This document shows positions 12,919 to 25,729 of a stretch of 64,000 nucleotides of DNA, piece by piece. A program made the position numbers and the translations under genes. The notes below the pieces were generated by a model. That model was not told the DNA's origin. It ran no database searches and saw only the letters and a list, made by a program, of their open reading frames with translations. Within the stretch, counting starts at the first letter, position 1. The number at the start of each line of letters is the position of its first letter. The DNA comes from Psilocybe cubensis (lineage: Eukaryota): the NCBI GenBank assembly GCA_017499595.2, contig CM038998.1, positions 248,001 to 312,000 of the forward strand. The letters run 5' to 3'.

Positions 12919-15900
12919 ATGATAAGGCGTGGCGGGCGTGGTGGACGCTCCCGACCTCCAATAGTGAGGTGCAAATGCAAATCGCACTGCACAACATTAA
13001 ATCCCGCTACGGGACTCTATGAGGGCGAAGGGGTCCTGCAAACACGTTCTACTCGGGACAACCATACCAAGGATGATAGAATGCTCGAGATGACTAGAAA
13101 TCTTGCGACTGCGTCTACTAATCTGGAGGTTAACGCTTCTGTGGATCAACTACAGCAGATTCGTGACGAAATTGATCTTATAACATCCCAGCCACTCTCA
13201 GACCCCCTTTGTCCTTTTGTCTTTACCAATAGACCAGAAGAGAATGGACCTTTTGTCTGGCCGAACGAGCACGATTTTTTGCTTCCAAATCATGGGTTAT
13301 ATGCTTTAAAAAATGAGCTCGTCAACAGGCCATACTTGATGACTGCAAATCGCTTATATGATATATACAACTGGGCCTCTAACCCTTTCATTCAACTTGA
13401 CGGCGATATTGACTCCTTACTGGACCACATAAAAGAGAAGATGGCAGAATTGGTGCGCTTGAAAGAGGTTGAATGGTGCCAACAACGAGGAAACAGTCGC
13501 ATAGATGGTCCATACGTCAATACAGGCAAGGACATCGATTCTTACCTTTTCAGAACTATGATTAATGAAATGTTTCGGACAGATATGTATTTCCAATCAT
13601 TTGGTCCAACAAATCCCAGAGAACGTGTTGCAGTATTTTTATCACTTGTTATGGAGAACATATTTTTCACACCGCGTCGTGCACTTTGGGCAATGCTAGC
13701 TGGGGCTAGGTCGCTACTTCGATCAAATATGGCCACTGAAACTGTTTTAGCGGAAATTCCTGCTGATCCAAGGTCGGGATCTTCTCGAGCGCGCCTCAAC
13801 CCCACAACTCGTCAATTTGTTGTCTGTCCAAAATGTCACAAATTGTACTCTCTAAAGCCAGGCGATAGTCCCCTTAATATCATCAACCCCTTCATTTCTG
13901 TATGTGTTGAGCGCCATACCCCGGAGTCAACAGAGTGTAACACACCCCTTTGGAAGAATCGCACCACATCACTTGGAACCTTGTATCCAGTGCCTATTCG
14001 GAAATATGTCCATCAAGACTTAAAATGCTGGGTTGGGCGTCTGTTATCTAGAAAGGGAATGGAGGCGATCCTCGACCAGCAGAATGTTGACCTCACTGAC
14101 AACTCGCCCACATCACCAATTGCGGATATATGGACCGCAAAGATATTCAAAGAGTTAAAGGATGCTGCAGGAAACAGATTCACTCCTGGACCTCCTGGAG
14201 AAGGAAGGCTGATTTTCAGTCTGTCAGTTGACAGCTTCAATCCTTTCCACAATAAAACCGCAAAGCAAACCTTGTCATCTACTGGTATTTGGATGGTTTT
14301 ACTCAATCTCCCCCCCCACCTCCGATATCTTCATGAGAATATGTACGTTGCAGGCGTCATTCCAGGCCCAGACAAACCATCAAAAGAAGATATATACCCA
14401 TACATTGAACTAGTCAGAGACGACCTCTGGGATTTCTGGTTTCAGGGTGTCCGCTTCTCGCGCACAGAGAGCAGCATTTTTGGTCGATTATACAAAGCAA
14501 TGCTAATTCCACTCATTTGTGACATGCTTGCTGCACGACAAATTGCTGGACTGGGTGCAACTACGTCGCACTGCTTCTGTACCTTCTGCGAAATGGATAT
14601 CGACGACATCAATATTGCAGATAGGGATGAATGGCCAGCTAAAGATCTCCAACATATTCGGCGAATTGCTGAACTTTGGAAGAATGCAAGTAGCGAGAAA
14701 GAGCGGGATGTAATTTTTGAGTCATATGGCATACGGTGGACCCCTCTGCACACTCTTCCCTACTGGGATGTCATACGCTTTACTGTGGTTGATCCTATGC
14801 ATGCGTTGGACCTAAACCTTTTTCAAAATCATTGCAGGTCGATCTTTCAGATTGACGTGGATTCTAAAGGTGGAGATGGAATTGGTTCAGCAGTCCGGCG
14901 ACAACGACGGCTCACTTCCGAAGATTCTCTCCGAAGCATGCGTCAGTGTCTTGTCCTCATTCAGTCCAACAATTCCGATTTGATTCCTATGCTTTTGCTA
15001 CATACCCGTCCAGTACTCTATCAGATCTGCGTCGATAACAGCATCATTGGGGAAGGACACCGATTCATTGTGGGAACTAAATGGATATTGGCAAATAATA
15101 TATCAGCATGGGTACGTCTGCTTACATGCTTCACATCTCAGATCATGATTTAACGAAGGTTTGTTGGTTTCTTCTCTAGAGAAATAGTTCGGCTTATCAA
15201 GGTGTTGCTGACCACCCTGACGTTGGTGAAGATGAACCAGCAGAAAACATACCAGAGATAACACAGACACCAAATCTCCCTGTTGAAAGCGGAATGGACC
15301 GCGCCCTTGTAATCCGAATTTTGAGAAACCTCTTTGCCGACGACGATCCCGAGATATCTCAGGACAGAGCGTATGGCCAGGGCTCTGTCCCCATATTTCT
15401 ATATATCTGCAATCTTGTCCAGATACCAACCACCGATGTTGACGTACGACGGAAAGCAGCAAAAAGGCGATTATTCAGAAAAATAACTAGTGAGGTGAGT
15501 ACGACTTCCGCTGTGACTGTAATAAAGCACTGACCTTGAGTAGATAGAGAAAGGCAACGACACAGCTCGCATGTTACAGTCTTATATTCCAATATACGAA
15601 TCTCCCCGTCCTGTGCTTGGAATTGATGTCATGGAGGAAGTGTGGGCAGATATGACGCGTACCCAGCTGCCTACGTGGGTCACTCCTGCTCCACCTGATT
15701 GGGGAACAACTAGAAGAGGGAAGCTCAGCGCTGATAACTGGAGGATTGTCTGTTCAATTCATTTGCCAATTACTCTTATTCGCCTCTGGAGTAACAACAC
15801 TGATCGTAAGCGTCAAATGCTTAATCATTTCATGGACCTCGTCTCCGCTGTCCGAATTGCCAATATGCGAATCACAACACCCGTTCAAATTGATGAATAC

Positions 15901-16950
15901 AATCGTTTAATGGCCCGCTACGTCTCTCAAATCACCACATTGTATGCCGATCAAACTCTCAAACCATCACATCACGCCGCTTTGCATATAGGCGATATGC
16001 TAGGTCTGTTCGGACCCAATCACTCACATAGTGGCGCGCACTACGAGCGATATATCAATTTCTTTCATCGTGTCAATACAAATCAGCAAATTGGTAATAT
16101 TTTCATTTAATGTATCAAGCACTAAAATGACATAGTTTTGTGTAGGTGTGCTAGAGTCCACATTGCTTCATACCTCTGCGCGGAGTGCCAACATACGGGC
16201 GTTACTCACTGGTGACTCGGACATTCGAACCTCGATTATGGAGCTCGTCAATGTCATGGACAATGTTGACCAAGAGGACATTCGAGGGTTTCGATTGGCA
16301 TCCATACTTGACCCTGAATCGCCCACATATACCCAAAGAAGCAAGTCTGATGTTCGCTCGCTCGATCCAGTATATCATCAGCTACTTTGTCAACGCCTAT
16401 CGCCAGACCATCAGCCGACCTTAATGCCACGGGACGGTACATTTCTGAAGGAAATTTCCCGCCAAGGAGTATGTTATGGAATATCTACAGCTTCAACCTT
16501 TAAAAACAGCGCAATCATGTTTCGACCTCATGACCAGCAAAATGGACCTTTACACGCTGGAATAACAAAACACATCTTCCGTTATCGTTATCCAACTGCG
16601 CACAACCAGTATACCGAGGACCATTTCTTTATTGTGCAAGAGCTCGTGCCAATTGATAATCCACTCATAACCGACCCTTATAGGACTTTCATATTTGGGG
16701 GTTTCCTTTGTAAAAACACGGGCCCTGAAGTAGTCATCAAGCTGTCGGAGGTTGTTTCTCATTGCGCTCTCACACGCTTAGAAGCCACCCCATTCAATGG
16801 TTTACTTCATGTCCTACCTTTAGATAGAGTAAGTTCACTTTCATGCATTTGTATCCTCATAGATTAATGCTAACATTTTGTTCAAAGCTGATGTTGGAGT
16901 TTGATTCATTGGGACTTAGTAGAGGTGAGGGTCCAAACGAACTAGACTGA
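12919..16950 (+). CDS. CACTA/Tnp2 (Transposase_21)-like DDE transposase
   Basis: Motifs CPKC, SVDSFNPF, LNLPPHLRY..N..GVIPGP, ICDMLAAR, FCTFC, LPYWD..VDPMH, GKLSADNWR, HHAALH..LFGP..YERY; the three downstream introns and the final one splice in frame to TGA 16948-16950. Confidence 0.88.
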
Positions 16951-17285
16951 GGAAACGTGGGAGATCCACATTTAAGATTTCGGCAAATGTCACGGATCAC
17001 GGCTGCCCAATGTCTTTCTGTGGAAACATAAGTATATTAATTTGTAGAGGTATGACAGAACAAATAATTAATATTATCGAAGAGGAATCAAAAATAACCG
17101 ATGTTGCATCCGCGAATCCATTAGAAAGGAAAGACAGAGCTTAAACAGTAAACAAAACAGAAGACGATCTTTCAAAAGGTAAGTTGCGGATATCGTGACG
17201 AATCATACACTAACTATTTTACAAATAGTATTCAAAGTATTTTCGTCGATTTCAGGGTAGATTATATGTGCCAATGCCCACAGTG

Positions 17286-19607
17286 TGACCTCATTATTTC
17301 TTGAGGCAATTGGCGTCCGAGGGAATTGGATATCTGTACCTTTGATTGATGCAGTCGAGGTCATCTCCCCTGTTGCAGCATTCAAAACGCTTGGTAATTA
17401 TATCCCACATCCATGGATACGTACAAGAAGAGCCAATAGGAGCGTTGTCAATTTTTGCCCACAAAACCCACTTAGTCGAAGGCGGATATACATTCGGCGG
17501 AATTTCGACCATAGTGACGAACAGAATTTGCGCACCACCTGAGTAGTACCCAATGTTTCTCCAGCAGACATTTGGAGTCTCAGCTATCCAATTGTAAAAC
17601 CGGGACGCTAAGGAAGCAATGTTCAATTATTGCAACAATTGTACGAGCATTAAAAGAATTTACGCGAGTCAAACGATCCAGTATCTTCGTGGGGCCAGTT
17701 TGGGTCCGGATTCTGGTCAGTAGGATGGCGGGATTCCGCAACAAGACAATAGTGAGCTCCCGATGGCAAAGGGGCAGGGTTGAGCTTATTAAAAGGGGTG
17801 TCTATTACATTGAAACTGTTGGCCGATGTTGATTTGATTCGACGAATAGCGGTTGTGTTTCCATCATGCTGATCGTCATCGTTAACCGATTGGCTGGCGT
17901 ACATAGAGGGGTAGATGAGCAGATCGCCTAGAACACAGAAAAGCCTCGTTTCAACGAGGTAATCGTTGCCCAAAGTGCAGTTTCCGCGGAGATAAATATA
18001 GTTTGGTGCGCCTTGCTGGAGATTGATGGTATTATTGGTGGACCAATCTACATTGGAGTTTCCACCACCTAAGATGGTAGTAAATTTGGGGTTGTTATGT
18101 GTTCCAACAGGTTGAATGTCTGTAAAACAATGTCAGATATTTGTATTTGTGATGCTACTAGCATAATCACCAGGTGAGTTGGATCCATACAGGGACCGTG
18201 GGAAATTATTCGTATCGTTTAACCTATCGCGGAACCACCATCCAGTTGCAGCGCCATATATCCTGAGGTTTTCTGTATTTTCAGCAGTCATTGAATCTGC
18301 ACCGGCTTCGGCCTCCGGAATTTTAGAATATTCCTGAAGTTGGTTAGCCGCATGACTTGCGTACTTCAAATGGGTGACAGCCTCATCGTGGAAAACAATG
18401 TTCAGGGCGCCCAATAAAAGAGTTTCTCCGATTGGGATGGTCCTAGTATCTTCTGAAGGGGGTTGAATAATGTTGGCTTGGAGAGAGACCCAGGCAAACG
18501 TATCGATGACTTCTTCGGGCCCTGGAAAGATGTTAAGTGTGATAATGTCGTCAAACCCGGGTTCTAAGTCAACCTGGACTCCAACATCGGGAGCGAGAGG
18601 GGACTTGACCATGTAGATGGTACCAGTTGTAGATGAGAGCGAGAACAATGTACCGCCTGGCATTATTGAGGTCTGGTGCATTTATTTTCAACGTGTTTTC
18701 TTGCCAGTACATTTTAGCAATGAAAAAAATTACATCAATGGTGATATGGAACTTAAGTGGCTCCGTACCGTCATCGAATACCCGAAGACGTGTAGAAACA
18801 CTAATGATGGGAGCTTTGGGATCAGCGACAATGACCTGAGAAATTTTAATTAACACTTGGTTTCTAAAGAAATACTTCGACGTACGTTGTAATAAACTGT
18901 CGAAGTGTCATTCTTCAAGAAGTCGGCGAGATCCTTCCAATTCTTTGCATCTGCAGGAGGACGCGGCAAAGTGTCCCTCAAACGTGTTTCTGGAGGAGGG
19001 GGAAGGATGTTGAGTGGGGACTGGGTAGCAATCAGGGCATAATTGACACCACCCATATTGGGCAGTGTGAATCTGAAAGGCGTGGCACAAGCGACGACTA
19101 CAGAGCGATTAGAAAATCTGATGACTCCCATACCAAACTTTAGTAATCACCTTCGTCCGGAGCGGAAGACTTGACAACCAATGGTCCAGGGCCAGTTGGC
19201 TTCACTTTGTTCCATACTTGAGGCCATAGAATGAGCTCGCTTGGTGCGGCACGGAGAACAACTGCGGTTTTAGCTCCGGGTTCGACATCGCCAATTGATT
19301 TTCCACGAATGTAAACGTAATTTGTGTCATTTGGTTGGACCGGAAGACTAATAAATTGGGAATATTCATCGATCAATAGATGTGGTGTAAGTCTGTTCCC
19401 GTAGTGTGGGATGATATCTGGCGTCTGCGGAATATAAGCATTCTAGTATAGCAAGAAAGGCAATATTGACAACTTACAAACGCTGTCGCCTTGGAGGACG
19501 GATAGTCGGATGTTAAGACTGTATGACCCTCAGGATAGGGTATTATGATTTGACTCGACCAGCTTACAGTTTCTAAAGATCAAGTTGTTCGTACGATGTT
19601 TAGACAT
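17286..19607 (-). pseudogene. Tandem-domain protein family, paralog A (3'-truncated)
   Basis: ATG 19607 (MSKHRTNNLIFRN); exon-by-exon homology to B and C; the last two exons (TRGCGF..., WPFSVGIHHPG...) are missing beyond 17286. Confidence 0.8.
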
Positions 19608-21252
19608 CAGGAAAGATTTGAACTTTAATTGAAAAGGTAGAGCTGGGGTTCCTTTAGAGGTAGACCTAATAATTATTGAGTATTGCGCAAGCTTATATAG
19701 TATTCTGTGCACTTCGTTGATTTCTACGCTTGATGAACTATAGTTGATGACCAATGAATCATTTTCCAGACTTGTCAATCCTCTTGCGTCATGGACAGTA
19801 TTTCTCCCAGGCTTTCATAGCTCTGTCCCTTCTTGATGCAATTGGCAGTACGGAAATGAAGTACACCGGCGCCAAACACTTCGACTACGAGAGATTCTAG
19901 GCCTATATCAGGTATGCCGTTGCACATTTGACAACTCTTCTGCTTCACGCTGTGGCCACATGAGGGGTATGCTCCCTGTACCAAATAATCACCGGACATG
20001 CACGCTTAACGTACAACAGTTAAAAAAGGGTCTTTTGAGGGCTTCACCTCGATTGGCAGCTTTTTCACAGACGGAATTCCAGCCATTCAGCCTACAATAG
20101 TCTGTGAGAACCTATGATCTATAAAGTTATATGCTTTTTTGTGTTTTGCAATATCCTTTTAACTTTTGACTTTGTTCGCTCATAATAATCATTCAAGGAC
20201 GTTTAACAAATTTTAAAGAGTGGTTTTCATTAATACAGTGTTTGTAGTATAGCATCAACGATAACAGTTAAGGCCATTACGATTTCTGCCCGACAACAGC
20301 AGGCTGCTTAGAAGCATTGTAATACATGATTCTACACCGCTTGTGAAAACACGACTCTCCGCAAAGTCCAAATCCCGGAATTAACAAAGCGCTGGAAATA
20401 AAAACCATGAGAATCCCCCAATCCACGCACGTCCCTTCCGCACCCAAATAGTACATGCAAATCAGCAGACCAATCTCGGCCCCAACGGTGCCTGGCACAC
20501 TCAGAGGTATGCGCTTATAGAACTTAGAAACAATGTCATGTTCTCAAGGCCGCGTCCAACAGATTTGCTGGCTCTCACCCAGAGACAGAAGCGTAGTTAA
20601 AAGCGTGTCAGTTAGAAAGAACGATGATGTTCACCTTTGACAGGGAGAATGCTTGAGATTGGGAGGGTCCGGCAAGAAGGTTTGCGTGTGATCTTTGCCA
20701 TCAGACCTCTCCTTCAGCGTTCTTCGACGTATTAGTATTACGCAGCCTACCGTCCGAGAACGAGAGTCGATTAATTAAATGTAGCTACTCAAATGATATG
20801 TCAGGAATCATTTTGACGGCTGAAGTTGACCAAAAATAGCAACACTGTTCTCATCTTTTGAGGATACGAAAAGATGGAAGTGGTTATTTATGAGATGCAT
20901 GATACTTCATAGTATATTCAGGCCTAATACCGCACCTTTCAATCCTCACGAAGTGTCAACGCACATTGGTAGAATGTGAGTGAGATCAGCAGATCACCCG
21001 CATATTTTAGCACAAGCTGACGGGCAATGGGCATCGGGGTCCAATACTATCGTTTCCACGTCAGCGCTGAGTTTTGTCAGTGATTATACTCGAGCTGAAT
21101 GTATATCCCACACGCTGAGAAACTAAATTTGCCCACCGAATAACGCTTTCCCATTTTAGCGCCCATTAGTATTACGCGTTAATTTCCGAGATATAAATAC
21201 GTTCATTAGCGCACAGACCGGGGTGAGTGTGAGTGGAAGGAGTACACTACGA
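18340..21252. repeat. Left arm of an inverted segmental duplication
   Basis: 18340-21100 matches the reverse complement of ~43715-46520; 21100-21252 matches the reverse complement of ~40772-40985. Confidence 0.85.
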
Positions 21253-21621
21253 AACACACCACACTGATAGCACATGACACGGCACATGGCACGCCTGCCG
21301 CGTTGGCTTCAAGTTCAAGTTCGAGTTTGAGTTTGAGTTTGAGTTCAAGCCCTTTGGCTAGTCCCTCACCCCATCACATCAAACCCTTCAATGTCAGTGG
21401 GAAACTGGGTCTTAAGTCGTACAATGCAGAAGTTCTCCGCAAATATATCAAAAATCATCAAAGTAAATGTGTTTTTTATTGTTATAAAAATGTGTGTTTT
21501 GTAGGGCAATAACAGGCCCGAAAAATGTATATCAGGATGTTTCTTTAAATGTTAATTGTTGCAGAAGCGTAAGAAGTTAGATTTGAGCATATGTCCCGCA
21601 TCATCACGGCTAACACTTGAG

Positions 21622-24450
21622 CTAATCATGAAGCCATGTATCCGAACCCATTACAAAGCCCGTAACGGGTGTTTTATGGGGCCAGGGGTTGGGACCGATA
21701 GTCTTAAAGTGATCTCCAAGATATTCAATATGGTTCTCACTGATTTCGGCATTAATCTTGTTCTCGAGTCCTGGATGATGTATACCAACGCTGAAAGGCC
21801 AGTTGGCTGCCTCTTCAGGGAGAGTAATAGTGGCCGCGGGATGGATCATGTTTGGCCTAGTACGTTAAAGGTGTGTAAGTGTGTAAGTCCTCGGGATATA
21901 CAATAGGAACTCGACCTACCCTCCGTTTCTCTTGTGCCTGACGAGCTGGATGCCAAATCTCATGTCATTTGGAACATTCTTGCCCTCGGAGAACCATTGT
22001 AAATTAACCCGGAATTTAATACCACCTGGAGGAATTCCTGTAAATCCACATCCCCGAGTCTATAAAGTTTTTTGGGCATCAATTTCATTTGGTCAATCGG
22101 AGGAAAATTAAAGTGCATACGGACCTCCCTGTCGCCCGAAGCAATTAGCGTCCTAGGAAATAGGATCTTGGCACCTTCAATCGAGATGTCTGAAGTCAAT
22201 TCCCCTGCGGTAACAATTATAGTGCTTTGCAATTGTAACCCAAGTCGATGAATACGTACAAGACGAGCCCACTGGAGCGTTAAAGGCTTCTGCTATCACA
22301 TACCACAGGGTAGACGGCGGATAAATGTTACGCGGAATTTCAATTGTAGTGGTGCATATAATGGTGGCACCGCCATGATAGTACCCAATGCATCTCCAGC
22401 AGATATTGGGTGTATTAGCTATCCATTCGGCAAATTTGGCACCTAAAGAAGCAAATTTCAATTATTGGACAATGTTATCAAAATAAAGAGAATTATTCAC
22501 CAGAGATAAATAAATCAGTGTCTTCGTGTGGCCAGTTTGGGTCCGGGTTCTCGTCAGTAGGATGGCGGGACTCGGCAATGAAGCTATAATGACTTCCTGA
22601 TTGTGGAGGGGCAGGGTTCAAGAGGTCGAAAGGCCTGTCCAGCACATTGAAACTGGAGGCCGATGTGGATATGATTCGCCGAATAGCCGTTTTTCTTCCA
22701 TCTTGATCATCGCCATCTGTAACAGCGTACAGGGAATACATAGGTGGGTAAAGAAGAAGACGGTCTGGGACGCAGAAAAGTCTCGTTTCAACAAGGTAAT
22801 CGTCGCCCAAAGTGCAGTTTCCACGAAGGTAGATATAATTTGGTGCGCCTTGCTGGAGGTTGATCTGATGTTCATTGGACCAATCTAGATTCGAATTATA
22901 ACCACCTAAGATTGTCTTGAATTCCGGTTTATTTTGCGTCCCGACCGGTTGAATATCTGAATAAATACATCAGGGAGGTTCAATCGACAGGCAGATCGCA
23001 CAAGTACCAGGTGAATTAGATCCATATAGTTGCCGTGGAAATTTGTTTACGTCAAACAAATGATCACGGAACCACCATCCAGTTGCACGACCGAGTATCA
23101 TGGTGTCGGAAGTCGTTGGAATTGCGCCAGCTTTGGCCTCGGCATCTTTCGTATTGATATATTCCTGAAGTCGGTTAGCCGCATGACTTGCGTAGTTCAA
23201 GTGAGTGGTGGCCTCATCGTGGATAACGATGTTCAGCGATCCGAGGATTTCATCATGGAGTGAGCCATCATTACCTCCTATATTAACACTGGCTCGAAGG
23301 GAGACGAAAGAAAGGGGGTCACAGAGACCATCTGGCGCAAGGAAAATGTTGATAGTAAGGATGTCGTCAAACCCGGCAGATAACGGGACCTCGAAATAAA
23401 TGAGCGGGCCTGGAAGCCTACACTTGGCCATATTGATAACACCAGTTGTTGAAGAGAGAGATACATATGTTCCCTCTGGAAAAGCCGAGCACTATTATGA
23501 TGTTGATGTTAACATCTCATCTCACCCGCACGGCCGTACGGTTTCAAAGGGAAGTAAATACCAAAATCGTGATAATAATCGGCAGTGGTTCTGTGCCATC
23601 ATCAAAGATGCGAAGACGTGTAGAGGCGCTAATGATAGGAGCCTTGGAATCCTCGACAACAAACTGAAAGGGATCATTAGCATTTGTTTTTCCATCAAAA
23701 GCCAGTTTTAACGTACATTGTAATAAACTGTCGACGTGTCATTGTTAAAGTAGTTAACAAGATCCTTCCAGTTCTTTACATCTGCTGCAGGAGGCGGCAA
23801 AGCATCCCTCAAACGTGTTTCTGGAGGTAGCGGTGTATTGAGCGGATACTGGGTAGCAATTAGGGCGTAAGTGGTACCGCCCATATTGGGCGGTGTGAAT
23901 CTGAAAGGTGTGGCACACGCAATGACTGCAGAGCAATTAGTAAAAATGTCACAACATCCACGCCAAAATATGACCAATTACTTTCATTCGGAGCGGAAGA
24001 CGTGACAACCAATGGTCCAGGGCTAATCAGATTTGTTTTGTTCCACACTTGAGGCCATAGAATGAGCTCGTTGGGTACGGCACGGAGAACGACTGCAGTG
24101 CGAGCTCCTGGCTCAACATTAGGGTCTGATTTCGCTCGAAAATAAATGTTGTTTATCTCATTTGGTTGGAGCGGGAGATTGATAAGATTGTCGTATTCCT
24201 GGATCAAGAAATTAGGATCAAGTTTGTTGCCGTAGTGCGGAATAATGTCTGGCGTCTGTAGGGATTTTAGTACTGGTGACAAAATATATTGATAAGGCAA
24301 TTCAGCCCACAAGCTCTAGATACTTCTTTGCCGAATAATTGGTCTTTCTTAATGCTATACACGTAGCCATTAGAGAAGGGCATTGCAATAGGACCCAACC
24401 AACTTACAGTTCCGAAACATCAAGTTGTTAGGCGGTACTTCATGAGCCAT
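21622..24450 (-). CDS. Tandem-domain protein family, paralog B
   Basis: ATG 24450 (MAHEVPPNNLMFRN); TPDIIPHYGN, LILWPQVWNK, GWWFRD, NYIYLRGNC, CWRCIG; ends GSDTWLHD* at 21622. Confidence 0.8.
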
Positions 24451-25729
24451 CTGGAGAGATTTAAGCGTTGGATACAAATATAAAGCTGGGGTTCTTTGAG
24501 AGGTAGAACTGAAGGATTCTTAAAACTTGTGCGGATCTATATAACATTTCGTGCATTTTCCAGCCTTGTCAATCCTCCCCGCACGAGGTACGATATCATT
24601 ACCGAACTTACACAGATCAGTTAAGCTGTTCTATATTTGAAGTTGCGGAAATGAAATGCGCCGGCGCCAAATACCTTGTATTATAAAAATCCTGGGTGTG
24701 TTTCACACCTGTGCTTCGACAATTGTCGAATACTCCCATCCTTTTCTTTTGGTGGCAGCATGATGGATAGAATCGCACAACACATCACACCTGTCCTGTT
24801 GAAGAAGAGACTGTATAGAACGATGCTTCTGGGCATAACCTTAGCATCAACGGTGTTTTGGCAACCCATATTAAACCTTGACAATCCCTTGTGTACAAAA
24901 TCATAAATGTTTTTCTTATATTTTCTGGACTTTAACAAACCTCTGTTTCAACCGAGATGGAGTGTATGTTGTAGTGTCAAGCATAGTGGTTGAAGCATTT
25001 TCCATATATAGAAGTCTGGGAGTGTCTATTACATTTGTTCTTGTAATACATCAACATGCGTCAGGCAGCCGTGCTTCTCCGCAAAACTCAGAGTCCGGGA
25101 TTAACAAATCAGAAATACAAACCATGAGAATACTCTTGAACCTACCTGTCTTCATTCATCGCCCAAAAACAGTATTTGCAAGTCAGCAAGCCAACAACAC
25201 CCCTGTGCCGGGCTCCCTAGACCACCCAGCGACAGAAGTTTACGCCAAAGCCGCTCAGCTAGAAATATCATGTTACATTTCAACCAACGTGCTCGCGCGC
25301 TGGAGTGTACCTTCTCGTGCGGAAGGAGACGCCGTATGTCGGCTGTGCAGCTGTCTTCAAGCAGCGTACGCTGCATCCATCCACTACGACTCCTTCCGAC
25401 ATCACATCATCTATCATCAATCATCTAATCTAACCTGAAACCCTGCTTTCCAAATCCTACTTATGGATCCATCAGCCACAAAAAATATACCTCTTCATTT
25501 ACCAGCATTCCTCTCTCTCAACGGCCCAATGTCATGCCCACTGCGGTAGCGTACAACCGTACAAAAAGAATAGTACAGTCAACTTACACTACTGAGTCTG
25601 TGCGTGAAGATCCTAAATTAAATTTTACAAAACCTGGAAAGCTGACACCAACATCATTAGTTTTTACCACTTTTTACCCCTTTAAAGTATCAAAGATCAT
25701 CGAACATCGAACATCAATTATGATTAGAT

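Larger units (their letters stand above)
5920..17285 (+). mobile_element. CACTA/EnSpm (CMC)-like transposon with transposase and accessory genes; left end not found in window
   Basis: Tnp2-type transposase at 12919-16950; putative right terminus CCCACAGTG ending at 17285 (reverse complement CACTGTGGG) coincides with the abrupt loss of host paralog A homology; left limit is provisional. Confidence 0.65.

Noticed and set aside
21076-21082. GTCAGTG as the right end of the CACTA-like element
   Set aside because: Homology to the inverted arm (~43715-43750) continues through and beyond it, so it is duplicated host sequence
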